NCBI GenBank assembly: GCA_964016885.1
Contig: OZ024740.1
Span: 232,376,001-232,440,000, forward strand
Length of the DNA stretch: 64,000 nucleotides
Direction: 5' to 3'
Source: Eledone cirrhosa
Taxonomy: Eukaryota
Part shown: positions 1 through 13,996 of the stretch, in pieces
How positions within the stretch are numbered: the stretch's first letter is position 1
Layout: each line of letters opens with the position of its first letter
Position numbers and translations under genes: made by a program
Notes under the pieces: model-generated
Database searches by the model: none
What the model saw: only the letters and a program-made list of their open reading frames with translations
What the model was told of the DNA's origin: nothing

Positions 1-1874
1 ACATATTTATATATATATTATCCTTATCGAGCCCTCTTCGGATTTTAGTCTTCACATTATATATATATATACATATATATATATATCGATAGACAGAGAT
101 AGGCAGATAGAGAGAAAGAGGCGAAGAACAAAATAAGTAAATAGAAAGTCAGACGGATTGTAATGCAAAAAAAATTACTTCTGCATACACATTTGTAATA
201 TGTACGAATGTACGAGAGTGTGCGTTTCACAGTCAATTGCCTATTCATTTTCAGACGAGTACCTTTACCGTTTTGTTCACCGAGGGATTTATAATAAGAC
301 CCTGTTTATATAAAAAAAAAAATAGTACATAGCTGGAATGAAAATATAATAAATTGTGTGGGCAATTGCTGGTCTTGCATTTCAATGGAATAGAAACCCC
401 ATCCACGTGCTTGTGAAATGAAATTCTAAGTCTGGCGATTAAATGTCCGTCTACATGTTTGACTTCGTGCCGTCGATAATCGACATTGATTTATTTACTC
501 ATTTGTTGTGTATAGTCCGCTCATCTTACATATGCAAAACACGTTATTGTCAAGACTGCAGCATAACTGTAATCCTGCATTATATGTGTAGTTAATGAGT
601 TAAAATATTTCGATAATTTTCAGTAATTGAAATGGCAGCTTTTCTAATACTATATTTTCTTCTGCTCTTTTACTTACCAAGAGTAGGCAACCGTGAAAAG
701 TGAATATTAGCTCGATCTCAAAGCAAATAATTATGTAACACACAAAATATAAATAAATACGTAAATATAGAAACAAAAATAGTCCTAGATTTCTTCTATT
801 TTAAATTCTTTGAACCACAGAATGATATAGAGGTAGACAACTCTGGGGACTTGTTTGTTCGCTCGTAAATGTTAAATATTACATATTCTTTGTTACGTTT
901 ACTGTTAGGGATGTTAATATTATTGTTGTGGTTGCAGTTATTGTTGTCGTTTGTTGTTATTTTTGTCTTTACACAACATTTAAAGCAGTTTTATTTGTTG
1001 TAGTTGTTGCTATTGTTGTTGTTAATGCTTGCGGTGTGAATCAGACATCGTATTAAGAAACATCAAAAGACTACTTGCAAGTGTATATGAAATTGTAGTT
1101 TAGTTTGCAAAACATAACTATCACACTTCTCTCTCACTCCCATTTTCCCCCTCACCTATCTCTTTCCCTCTATACTCTATCTTGTTTTCTCGTTTGTATT
1201 AAATGTTGTTTATATTTATTTCTGTGTGTATCTCCCAAGTGTAATATCCACAGAGCAGCCAACAAATGCCCCGTTTTCAACATTCTACTTACATGCCAAG
1301 CCAGTTTGGCATATTTTTAATGACTGGTGCGACATGTTTAACACTACATATAGCAATAATCTCTTTCTTTGTCTCTTGACTATCTGAAAGTTTGGATCGC
1401 TTTATACCCTCACATACTACAACTGATTCAGTTGATTTGTTATTTTTGTTATTTATTTATAGCTCCATGTCAACTCTGACCAATCATATTTTTAATAAAA
1501 ACGCAATTGAATTGGTGCGTTTAGATTTACTATCATTTCGTACTCCGATTATATTATCTAATATGGCTATTTCGAAGACGACGGGGTACGATTTGAGAGT
1601 GATATAACTGTTGTTTCTAGCAGATTCATCAACATAGAGGTGCCTTCCTTGATTTGAGCTGTCTTGTTCAGTTTAGTATTTAGTTTACTTTCATGGATTT
1701 CTACATCTGAGATATAAATTAAACTTCGTTCCAGTTAACGTCAATCAATGATAGCAACAAGCAATCGATATTCACATATTGTACAAGGCGAGACATGGTT
1801 TCAATTATTGGTTAACGTCCGCTTATGTTACATCTGCCTCTAGTACACTAGAGAAAGGGAAATAACTTAAATAA

Positions 1875-1929
<55 letters not shown>

Positions 1930-3692
1930 ACACACACACACACACACATAGTGTGATTAGAAATTAATACATCATAAATATCTAAAGAAATAAAAAGATA
2001 CATTCTGAATGGATGATCAACTGTGTTAGGAGGATTGGGTGCTTCATGAAACCTGGCAAAGATAACACCTGGTTCTTAGATACATTTACCGGAGCCGATT
2101 ATGCTGAGAGTATTTGGACCCAGACTGGAGGTTCTCATCCCACCTACGGGACTAGTCAGACTGAAATATTTGATTTTCAGCTTGAATGGCTGCTCGTTAA
2201 CAACCGGATATAATAATTCCATATAAAAAGAATTCCAGAATGTTGTGTTGCGAAAGGAACCGCTTAGTGTTTAGTGCGGGACACGGTTATGGAGAATAAC
2301 AATGTCTGCATGACGAAATGAGAATATGCATTTGTATTATGATAACTAGAGCGGTGGAAATATGTAGTTAGCTATCCTTGTAAAGCAGAGGCGGTTGTAA
2401 TAGAGTGAGAAATGGCAGAATAAAACACATAGTGTCGGTTCTATAAATACTGTAATGTGCTGGTCAATGAAACCTTGCCAATCAGCCTTTTGGCTACAAC
2501 TAAAGATCATTTTTGTGTCGCAGCATTGTGGAAACAGCATTTCATTTTGGGTCTCATTTAACACTTTCAGAGAAGCAGTAGTTGTATGGGATTGAAATAT
2601 ATTCTTGTTTTGCATATGATGTCTGGTCATTTGTTCGCAGAATCTCTGTGTTATGATCGAGAAACGACTATGAAAGGTGTGGTGATTCTGTGGTTTAACC
2701 TTTTAGTGTTTTAGTTTAGTATTTTAGCGTTGCAAGTTGGTGTTCCGATCTTATAGATTACAAAAAGCTGTGATTGAAAGAAGTTCACTTATGAGCGTGA
2801 TGATTATGAAAATACATTGAAGCAACGAATTCACTAAGCTATTAATCATTACATTCATAAAGAGAGAAGTGCGGGACTGTTTCCTAGATATATTTTTTTT
2901 ATCCCGTTATTAAAATAAGTTGTATTACTTCGAATAAATGATGAATGAATATTACATAATTTTATTGCTTATTTTAAGATTCACTTCTTTTAAATTTCAA
3001 TAGATTCACTTCTTTCAAATGTCAATACTTCCTGTTATAATATAATGGACGCTATATTACATTGCTTATATAAATGTTCATATACTTGCATCGTTATATA
3101 AGGTTTATATTTCCGTCACTAATGTTTTCCTTTTTCGTTTCCATAAAATGTTGCCGTAATGCCGTTTATATATAATATCGTCTTTTTTAAATGTATCATG
3201 GAATACTTTACTGATTGCAGAAGAGAATGTAACACAGTCTCTCTTCAATTTCTGTACATATTTTTAATTACTATTTTATTTGATGTATCATATCTACATG
3301 CATACATAATATCAGTATGCACACTACACATAATAGCAGAACACCACCTGAAGGGTGGTTTTTCTGCTAGTATAGATTAATTATGTATGGCAGAATTGCA
3401 TACTACTTTAAAATAATGTTGATATTTTTTTATCTTAAAGAATATATAAACAAATAAAATTTCGAAATAATTTAGTATCATTCTGTGTCGAACAAATCAC
3501 AACCACCTATGCACCTTAACTATAGAATAATGCTATACACACATATATATAATGAAATACTTCATTGAAATGTCAGAAACAATGTTCCTTGTAAAGCAAA
3601 ATGTACTTCTACAAGAGAATAAAAATACACTAATACATTTCCATTAACATTGAGTAGAGAGATGATTCTAAACTGACTGATGTTCTTTTACT

Positions 3693-3857
3693 CTATTTCT
3701 TTTGGTATTCACACCCCTTCTCTGCACCTACACAGATGAGCTCCATAACTGCTCCACAATTCCTGTATTCTCCAGAGCATGAGGAGTAACCTTGTGCTGT
3801 TCTTATGTACCTTTTAAGGCACTCCCTTAATCCTGGGATGAGTCTGCGCTTTACTTC
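3693..3857 (-). CDS. Candidate terminal coding exon of an unknown gene (EVKRRLIPGLRECLKRY...GCEYQKK*)
   Basis: Non-repetitive stretch, GC-richer than flanks. Minus-strand acceptor-like cctttgttcag| is followed by a 55-codon open frame ending in TAG. No recognisable domain and no partner exons found. Confidence 0.25.
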   Translation of the reverse strand, partial: EVKRRLIPGLRECLKRYIRTAQGYSSCSGEYRNCGAVMELICVGAEKGCEYQKK

Positions 3858-3871
3858 CTGAACAAAGGAAT

Positions 3872-4142
3872 GTAATATATATACCACAGTGTGGTGATTA
3901 CACCCAACTGTATATATATATATACCACACAATGGTGATTCCACTTAACTGTAATTATGTAGCACATAATGGTGTTTCCATCTATCTATACATATATACT
4001 GCAGAATGGTGCTACTCCCTTACAGTAAATATACACCATAGCGTGGGGAATCCGCACAACTATAAATATACACCACACAGTGGGGATTCCCGCTTACTGT
4101 AAATTTATAGCACAGAATCATGATTCTACCTTTACATTATAA
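3872..4142. repeat. Degenerate ~40-bp tandem minisatellite (~7 units)
   Basis: Recurring ataccacag/aatggtgattcca...ctgtaaatat units. Confidence 0.7.
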
Positions 4143-4938
4143 TACATAAACAACGTTAACACTGTAGTATTAAACAATGTTTGTTCGATTCAGGGGTTCT
4201 GAGTTCCATTCTTTCTTTGGCAGATGATACATGTAAATAAAATGTTTTTTACTCAAAGAAAAGTATGGACACTATAAACATTTACAATTCTAACCTGCAA
4301 ACGGAGAAGCAACTATGCAGTCGTTTGAACTGCTAGAAATCACTGCTAAAAGTTACTCAAATCATGCCTTATTAGATATAATGAATTATACAAGGTAGTT
4401 CTGAACAAATTGCGTCTTTATAAAGGATCGTACGATCAAGGCTGGAACGTCTTGGATTATAGGTCAGCTGCATCAGAATGCTAAGCTGGAACAAAACGAA
4501 AACAATCTTTACGGTTTACGAAATGAGTAGCTAAATATAGCTTCAAGAAGAGGTGGGGTTAAGAATTACAAGCCAAATATTCTTAAGAAAACATTCATCC
4601 AACTAGTTTAAAAACAGGTTGCTATTATTTAGACTCAGCTCAGCTGTGATCCAGGAACAATATTCTAGCCGTCACTATCTAGTTAATCTGTATCAATCTG
4701 CACCACACCCAATCTGTATTCAGTATATTTAAAGTACCCTCTGTTGGTGCAACTAAGTAAAGTAACGGGTGGATCCGTGGTTTTGTTGATATCGTCGTAG
4801 TCGTTCATATTGTTTATATTGTTATCCAGGTCAAATTTAATCTATTGTATTTATTATTAATTGATTTCCAATTTTCTGTCCCCACCTCATATTTTTTCTT
4901 TCTTTCTATTACTTTCGTTATTTCTTTTTTCTTTCTTC

Positions 4939-4969
<31 letters not shown>

Positions 4970-5192
4970 TGTATAGTAACTAAAATGGCCTTCATGTTTT
5001 TTTAAAGACGTTCGTGTGTGATTTGACAAAGAATATTATTAATATCAAATCCAGCAGCCATGTAAAGACAGTTCTTTGGCTCGTTTTATTCTTATTCACA
5101 CGACACATCATTCGTTGGTGGCGTTTTGGTAGATGGAATTATTGGTAAAGAGAATATAGTAAAACGAAAACAAATATTTATATATACATGTG

Positions 5193-5235
<43 letters not shown>

Positions 5236-5794
5236 ATATATATATAACATTGTGGGAAGGTGAATGTTATGTAAGAAACTTAAAGTGACAACATGGGTTT
5301 TAATTGATTGACATGAAGAATCAACAGGTGGCTTGTTTGAGAGACAGAAAATAACTGGTTTGTAAATCAGGAGAGAATAAGAAATGTTAGTTTGTTATTT
5401 ATACACTGATGTCAAAGCATCATTTGAGATCAGACAGTTGTGGCATATATATGTTTATTTTATTACTAATAATATATAAGCAACATAATTAAACACTCAC
5501 TCATTCAAACACACACAGCGCGGTTTATTTAATTGCTTAAACAAATATATTTCATATTTATATATATACGCACGCACATAATGCCTTGCGTAATTGCGTA
5601 CGTCAACACATGCTTAATTACACACACACACACATAAGCACAGATACTCTCACTAACATTCACAAACATTCACACAAACGCAGCCATGATCTATATTGTG
5701 TCCACACGCATATATATACATGAATTGGCAAAGCCTACTCGTTAAGCATTCCTGGGAAAATGTGTGTATATCAGTTCGACAGGCACACATACAT

Positions 5795-5841
<47 letters not shown>

Positions 5842-6106
5842 CACACACATACACACACATACACACACACACGCACAGAGATTCGTAAGGAACACACATG
5901 TACATAAGTCATCCTCGGTTTCTTTCTCTCCCTCTCCTCCTTTCCCTCTTTCACGCACATACACATATAATATTAACTAAGATTTAAATCTGTAATATGT
6001 ATAGAAGTATTTCAGCAAACATACATACGTACAGACTCACACACACACACACACACACCCGCACACACTCACACACACACACACGTATATATATATATAT
6101 ATATAT

Positions 6107-6163
6107 TTAATATAGAAATGGCTTCTACATGACTAGAACTGTTTCATTCGGGAGAGATCATCA
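6107..6163 (-). mobile_element. Short HHR-like module (same family as 35558-35750, 46277-46400, 55690-55750) between (TA)n tracts
   Basis: Minus strand reads tgatgatctctcccgaatgaaacagttctagtc...gccatttctatattaaa, matching 35694-35750. Confidence 0.7.
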
Positions 6164-6504
6164 TATATATATATTGTAAAAAGAGGGAACTAGCTGTTCA
6201 AACGGTAAGAACTCTTGTCTCAAGTCCCGACTCTTTATAATATAGCCATACTCAACTACCTCACATATCGATAATCTGTTGAATAATAGTCTAATTAGTT
6301 TTAAACTGGTTCTTTCCTGATATGTATATGTATATATACATATATATATGTATATATATATATATATAAATATATATAAATATGTGGGGGGTGGGAGTGC
6401 GCGCGTGTGTTTTTTCAACCCATATATATTTTATGCTTGTATATCTAAGTAATATTAATTGTATTTTGCATTCGATTATATATAAATATTTTTATTTTAT
6501 AATA

Positions 6505-6753
6505 ATAATTATTTCTACTTTTGACACAAGGCCAGTAATTACCCAGTGCATTACTGGTACTTTATTTTATTGACCCCGTAAGGATGAAAGGCAAAGTTAA
6601 TCTCGGCGGGATTTGAACTCAGAATGGCAAGGGCTGTAGCTTTATGCGTCAAATAATTGTTTCTATTTTAGGCACAAGGCCAGCAATTATCCAGTACATT
6701 ACTGGTACTTTATTTTATCGACCCCGTAAGGATGAAAGGCAAAGTTAACCTCG
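6505..6753 (-). mobile_element. Two tandem 5'-truncated copies of tRNA-derived SINE family 1
   Basis: Core ttaactttgcctttcatccttacggggtc(g/a)ataaaataaagtaccagtaatg and tail ggccttgtg...tagaaa occur twice. Confidence 0.9.
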
Positions 6754-7621
6754 AATGACAGAGATTTATACCTCTTGCGTAGCGTTTTCGTTATAATACT
6801 TTCTGATATCGTATTTATATTTTTCATCGTGGATACATTTTGTTCATGTCGCTTATTTCTGAAAAGGTTTGTGTATTTCTCCTATTCCTACGATTTGAAA
6901 TGAGAACTAGCCTTCTTGTATTTTTCATCTTTAGTCGTTTCAGTCTTTTTATTTAATCTTAATTGTGTTTTGCATTCGAGTATGTATATCATGTTTATTT
7001 GTAACCTGCCCCTCCCAATGCGTGACATCACATCATCTTGGGAAAATTACTTGAGAGTTTAAGGTCAAGGATATAGTGGAAAGGGTAGCAATGCCTATGA
7101 TGTAATGGGGTTGTAGACGCTGCAGGTAATAATAGATATTTAATGTTTATTCTCATATAGAATCCGTGTAATTTGACGGCTGCAGCTTGAAAACGTCCGT
7201 CTCCCCCATACTCATATTTGAAGCGGGTTAAGGGTTGGGATATATAGATGATGTCTGAGGTAGAGGTTAAGAGAGCTGCCTTAGCTCTAATATAGACATT
7301 TAATTCTTGACTGGCTCGGTCTTTACGAATGTGGTTCTGACGAGTTTGGAATCCGAAGGTCTTGCCCAGTAAATGCTTTGTTTTCTAAGTATGCGGCATT
7401 CGATAATTGCTTAGCGTTCTTTCTATATATGTGTATAGTACATATGTGTAGTGTAAGTGCATGTATATTTAGAGTAATTATCGATGTGAATAGAACAGTT
7501 GGAGCAGTATCGGTCTTGTTTACGCATATATATATATACATATATATAATATATATATATCTATAAATTATCCGTCTAGCCCATGCTAAAGTGGAAGAAT
7601 GGACGTAAAACGTTGATGATG

Positions 7622-7685
<64 letters not shown>

Positions 7686-7754
7686 CATCATCACCGTTAA
7701 ATATATATATATATATATATTTAAAAAAAATAGAGGTGTGACACACGAGTTGTG

Positions 7755-8006
7755 ATATATAGGTAAAAAGGAAAAGATAATGCTGACAAATTATTCCCAG
7801 TGAAAACTAGTTTAATTAGGAATAAGTATAAATTAGTAATAAGTATTGGTTAATATTCAATTTTAGCTTTAAGTTTTTATGCGCAACCGGTAAAAACTTA
7901 AAACTAAAATTGAATACTAACCAATACTTATTACTAATTTATACTTATTCCTAATTAAACTAGTTTTCACTGGGAATAATTTGTCAGCATTTTCTTTTCC
8001 TTTTTA

Positions 8007-8015
<9 letters not shown>
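7755..8015. repeat. ~125-bp-arm inverted repeat module beside (TA)n; single-arm relative at 63231-63362
   Basis: 7755-7879 is the near reverse complement of 7891-8015, with spacer tgcgcaaccgg. Confidence 0.9.
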
Positions 8016-8052
<37 letters not shown>

Positions 8053-8394
8053 TATATATGCGGGTATGTGTAAGTGTTTCCAATTATATATATGAATGGA
8101 TGCATACATATTCGTGCACATATGTATACATTCTAAATATCAAGGAAGCTTAATGGTTATGTTTACATAATCACACGCACACGAAATATGTGGGAATAAA
8201 TAGATGATTCTTTTGTTTATATTTTGTCTGAATACACACACAGATATATACACGCATGTATACACACACACATACACACACGTACACACAGACATACACA
8301 CACATATGTACAAGTATACACCTATCGGCCAGCACATAGAAATGCCGATGTGTATACGTTTGTGTCTGTGTATGTGCGCGCGCATATCATTTTG

Positions 8395-8930
8395 TCTTCA
8401 CTCCCCTCCCTTTACTCGTTTGGTCATGCTCTCCTCTTAACGTTTTAATTGTAATATACTCCCCTTCATTCATTGTTTCTTTCTCTTTCTCCCCCTCTCT
8501 CTCACCTTTTCTCTCTCACCCTCACTCTTTCACCGTCTCTCTCTCTCAGCCCCTCTCTCTATCACTCACTCCCTCTCAACCCCTCTATCTCAACCTCAAA
8601 CATCCTCTCTTTATCTCTCACAATCTGACTCTATCTCTCTTGCACATTTTAATTGTAATATACTCCCCCTCATTCATTGTTTCTTCCTCTCTCTCTCTCT
8701 CTCTCTTTCTCTCTGTCTGTCTCGCGCGCTATTTCTATCTCCCCCTCTCTATTTCACCCACTACCTCTCTCCCACCCTCTCTCTCAGCCCATCTCTCTTT
8801 CACCCACTATCTCTCTCCCACCCTCTATCTCCCCCCTGTCTCATCCACCCTCTCTGTCCCTCTCTCTAACTCCCTCTCTATCAACATCACCCATCTTCTC
8901 CTTCTCTCTCTCCACCCTTTCTTGCACGCT
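8395..8930. repeat. Polypyrimidine (CT-rich) low-complexity tract with internal duplication
   Basis: CT-rich sequence; ttttaattgtaatatactcccc..cattcattgtttctt at ~8443 and ~8647. Confidence 0.8.
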
Positions 8931-9220
8931 GATATCTATATTTGCATATCTCACTTCTGCCAGTATATTCTTTGTAACAAACTCTTACTAAAATATTAGT
9001 GCAGCAGCATCACTTGTTTCTCTAATTATTTGTTGATCTATCAATAAACCATCGCGTTTCTATCCATTTTTCCATATTGCCATGTTTATTTTTACCCATG
9101 TCTTCCCTTCTCTTCTTCCCTTCATTCCTTTCATTCTTTTTCCTTCATTTCTCTTCTCTTCTTTCAGAGACCAGCAAGAAAATAAAATTATAACGTATCT
9201 ACGGCGGTTCACCCCCTCCC

Positions 9221-9344
<124 letters not shown>

Positions 9345-9437
9345 ATATGTATATATGTACATATATATGCATATATATATGCATATATATATGCATATAT
9401 ATATACATATATATTTTTAGATTATATATACATGCAA

Positions 9438-9473
<36 letters not shown>

Positions 9474-9585
9474 TTGCATGTATATATAATCTAAAAATAT
9501 ATATGTATATATATATATGCATATATATGTACATATATATACATATATACAGACACATAAATATATATATACATATTTATATATA

Positions 9586-9758
9586 GGAAAAAGTATGACC
9601 TCGACGGCAGAGCTCAAGCCGTTTCGACGGCTATTTCTGGATGGCTTGAGCTCTGCCGTCGCGGTCATGCTTTTTCATATTACCCACTATACTACCCTAA
9701 GTATTGAGTACTCTGGTGCGTTATGGTCCATCTGGTTCCTTACCACAACTCCGTCGTT
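9586..9758 (+). mobile_element. Inverted-then-forward module carrying the 3' half of an HHR (same family as 55856-56047 and 41812-41872)
   Basis: IR atgacc.cgacggcagagctcaagcc / ggcttgagctctgccgtcg.ggtcat; shared tail gagtactctggtgcgttatggtccatctggttcctta; (TA)n on both sides. Confidence 0.75.
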
Positions 9759-9782
9759 ATATTTATATATATACATATATAC

Positions 9783-10515
<733 letters not shown>

Positions 10516-10728
10516 TATATATATATAAAAATATATATTTGCATGTATATATATATAATCTACAAATATATATGAATATGCTTGTGCCCTACCATTAGGC
10601 TGTGGTGCTTAACAACCCCAACATGTACCCCCTCTTTGTTCGCCATCTCCGCTCTCCCTATATTTACCCTCTATCGTATCCTGATGGTTCGTGTGACTAA
10701 TGTTCGTGGAGCTTATAATAAGCACTGT

Positions 10729-10790
10729 GTTTATTAAGCTCTGAGGATTCCTACCAAACGGTAAGGATGAAGCATTGTAAGCAAATAAAC
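10729..10790 (+). ncRNA. Type I hammerhead ribozyme-like motif with A15.1G (probably inactive)
   Basis: gtttattaagct CTGAGGA t tcctacc-aaac-ggtaagga t GAAGC att GTA agcaaataaac; stems I and II pair. Confidence 0.6.
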
Positions 10791-10859
10791 TGTTTGAGTA
10801 TGTAAGCGTTCTTTGGTTTCTTTTACATATGAATATATATATGCATATATATGTATGTT

Positions 10860-10936
<77 letters not shown>

Positions 10937-10940
<4 letters not shown>

Positions 10941-11339
10941 ACAAAGTTCTTTCATCACACATTCGGTGACCTCTTCAGTGACTGGGGATTCTTTTCTTTG
11001 TTTTGTGCATCTCCTTTGTTCTGTCCTACGCTAACTAGATGTCGTAGGACAGAACAAATGAAAGGCACAAAACAAAGAAAAGAATCCCAGTCACTGAAGA
11101 GGTCACAGAATGTGTGACGAAAGAAGTTTGACAATACATGAACAACCGTCCGGTTGTGGAACCAACCAACTGGAAAGTTATAAATTCTTAAAGTTATAAA
11201 TTTAATTTATAATAAATTGGAGTGAAACAACTGGTGCGTGTGTTGCTTATTGGCAACATGATCCTCCCAAAATATAACAATATCGGTTTCAACAAACGTT
11301 TTCAGATAAAGAATCATGCTAAACAAATTCAGAAGCAAT
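10937..11339 (+). mobile_element. Penelope-like pseudo-LTR remnant: inverted 94-bp piece plus forward pLTR with HHR (11090-11132)
   Basis: 10937-11030 is the reverse complement of 11043-11135; forward part aligns with 12558-12802; (TA)n flanks. Confidence 0.85.
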
Positions 11340-11356
11340 ATATATATATATATATC

Positions 11357-11388
<32 letters not shown>

Positions 11389-11414
11389 TATGTATTTTAT
11401 ATATATATATACAT

Positions 11415-11695
11415 GGTAACTGCCAACTCGTTTTCGAGTACGGCCACTATTTTATATCCATGTAGGAGAACCCTTACCGATGCGCTGAACGTGTGTGACT
11501 TTTTAGTCTAGCCAGCGACTTGAAAACTCTGGTACCAAAACACTACACTTGCGAGAATTATTGACACATAGTGCTGGGCCCTTGGTACCATGTGACGACA
11601 AGTGCAGAGAGATCTCCAGATATAAAGCAATGCCTGTGCCGTGAAGCTTTTATAGTGAGCAAAGGCGCTGCACAAAGCCAGTCCCACTCTCTTAT
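11415..11695. repeat. Dispersed microsatellite-flanked module (partial copies at 45966-46132 and 56141-56209)
   Basis: actgccaactcgttttcgagtacggccacta...ttattgacacatagtgctgggccc shared with 45966-46132; gcaatgcctgtgc...cccactctct shared with 56141-56209. Confidence 0.75.
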
Positions 11696-11705
11696 GCATA
11701 CATAC

Positions 11706-11755
<50 letters not shown>

Positions 11756-11989
11756 CGTTTCTGAATTTGTTTAGCAAGATTCTTTACCTGAAAACGTGTG
11801 TTGAAACCGATATTGTTATACTTTGGGAGGGTCATCTTGCCAATAAGAAACACACGCACCAGCTGCTTTCACTTCAATTTATTATAATAAATTTATAAAT
11901 TTAGGAATTTATAAATTTCCGGTTGGTTGGTTGGTTCCACAAACAGATGGTTGTTTATATATTGTCAAAGTTCATTCGTCACACATTTT

Positions 11990-12406
11990 ATTAGAAATAC
12001 ATACCCTTTTCAAAGACCTCACTGTATAGATAATAAATATATAATCTGTAAATTAAGCCCCCATATTAACTGTAAAACTAGAAATGTAGTATATAGCATA
12101 AGATGTACTGAAGGACAATGTAGAGATAAAAATATAGTGTACATAGGTGAGACAGCTCGTAGTATAGGGGAACGGATAAATAAACACTGGCGAGACCTTC
12201 AAGATAGTAAAGAATCATCTGTACTCTACCAACATGCTAAAATAGAACATAAGGCTAAATTAGAGAACATAGAAATAAAAATAGAATCTACACACAGAAA
12301 AGACGCAATGTTTAGACAAATCACAGAGGCAATAAACATAAATGAATTACAACCAAAATTAAATAGAAAACATAAGTGGAACAGCAACATCACAACTTAC
12401 AATTAA
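11990..12406 (+). pseudogene. Penelope-type GIY-YIG endonuclease, C-terminal fragment of the RT-EN ORF
   Basis: CKTRNVVYSIRC...VYIGETARSIGERINKH...SVLYQHAKIEH...RQITEAININELQPKLN. Confidence 0.9.
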
Positions 12407-12608
12407 GGACAAAATGAAAACACACACGCACATAGAACAAACAACCAACCAGTAACATGTAAATAAACAGATAAATAAACGAATATAAACACACACAGAC
12501 ACCCGGATGTAACACATGCGCAAACTAAGCACACAACACACACACAAAAACAAGATGGCGTAGGACAGAATAAAAGAGAGGCACAAAAAACAAACAAAAG
12601 AATCCCCA

Positions 12609-12651
12609 GTCACTGAAGAGGTCACAGAATGTGTGACGAAAGAACTTTGAC
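12609..12651 (+). ncRNA. Minimal type I hammerhead ribozyme motif in the Penelope pLTR
   Basis: gtca CTGAAGA g gtcac-agaatgt-gtgac GAAA g aa CTT tgac. Confidence 0.7.
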
Positions 12652-12797
12652 AATATATAAACAACCATCTGGTTGTGGAACCAACCAACCAACCGGAAAT
12701 TTATAAATTCCTAAATTTATAAATTTACTATAATAAATTGAAGTGAAGGCTACTGGTGCGTGTATTTCTTATTGGCAACATGACCATCCCAAAGTAT

Positions 12798-12902
<105 letters not shown>

Positions 12903-13170
12903 TAGATATATATATAAATGGAATAGAATGAAACGAAATTTCATTTCTCAATCTTAGTAAGGCACTTACTTAAATGTTAATATGTATGTATACGTACATA
13001 CATATATGTATACAGACGTACAGTAGTATGTGTATATATACACGGTGCACACATATATACCTGCATGTATCGGTTTACCGAACACTTATGCAAATTAGGT
13101 TGCTCAGCCGTTAATATGCATAAGGAAAGTATATACTTTCAGACGTTCAACCATCTGGCAGGAAGGTATA

Positions 13171-13211
13171 CGATGCTGACGATAGGTAATAAGCTTGAAA
13201 CTAGTACATCG
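13171..13211 (+). ncRNA. Minimal type I hammerhead ribozyme
   Basis: cgatg CTGACGA t aggt-aata-agct t GAAAC ta GTA catcg (one stem II mismatch). Confidence 0.75.
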
Positions 13212-13592
13212 TTCCTGTGTCAGTGTTGAACAAAAAGGTGACGTGGTTGCCTAAACACTGTACGACGTAAATCGGGCTGTTTGTTAACAAACCGAGCATT
13301 ATAATAAATGTTCGGTAAACCGATACGTGCATGTATATATGTGTGTATATATATACATACTACTGTACGTCTGTATACATATATGTATGTACGTATACAT
13401 ACATACTTACATTTAAGTAACTGCCGTACTTAGAGTGAGAAATGAAATTTCGTTTCATTCTATTCTATTTATCGTCTTCGGTGTGCCCGGCCGACTGAAC
13501 TCACTCGATATGCTAATTAGGCTGCTCAGCCATTAATATGCGTAAGGAAAGTATTTACTTTCAGAAGTTCAACCATCTAGCAGGAAGGTATA

Positions 13593-13633
13593 CGATGCTG
13601 ACGATAGCTAATAAGCTTGAAACTAGTACATCG
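13593..13633 (+). ncRNA. Minimal type I hammerhead ribozyme (intact core, palindromic stem III ACTAGT)
   Basis: cgatg CTGACGA t agct-aata-agct t GAAAC ta GTA catcg. Confidence 0.85.
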
Positions 13634-13849
13634 TTCCTGTGTCAGTGTTGAACAAAAAGGTGACGTGGTTGCCTAAACTCTGTACGACGTAATTCAGGCT
13701 TGTTTGTTTGTTTACAAACAAACAAACCGAGCATTATAATAAATGTTCGGTAAACCGATACGTGCATGTATATATGTGTGCATGAGTGTATATATATACA
13801 TACTACTGTATACATATATGTATGTACGTATACATACATGCATACTTAC

Positions 13850-13890
<41 letters not shown>

Positions 13891-13953
13891 TAGATGCATT
13901 ATAAATATGTATGTGTATATGTATATATGTATATATATATATATATATGTGTT

Positions 13954-13996
<43 letters not shown>

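Larger units (their letters stand above)
12914..13853 (+). mobile_element. Retrozyme-like tandem repeat (~420-450 bp monomer, one HHR per unit) preceded by an inverted piece (12914-13086)
   Basis: HHRs at 13171 and 13593 are 422 bp apart; (TA)n flanks; further copies at 21389-22004 and 24464-24820. Confidence 0.85.

Noticed and set aside
632-703. Signal-peptide-like short ORF MAAFLILYFLLLFYLPRVGNREK
   Set aside because: Hydrophobicity is explained by T-rich sequence; no convincing donor site or downstream exon
2013-2213. 66-aa ORF in GC-richer patch
   Set aside because: No recognisable domain or splice support; may be a decayed LINE fragment
7337-7362. ctgacga HHR-like seed
   Set aside because: No stem II and no GAAA at a compatible position
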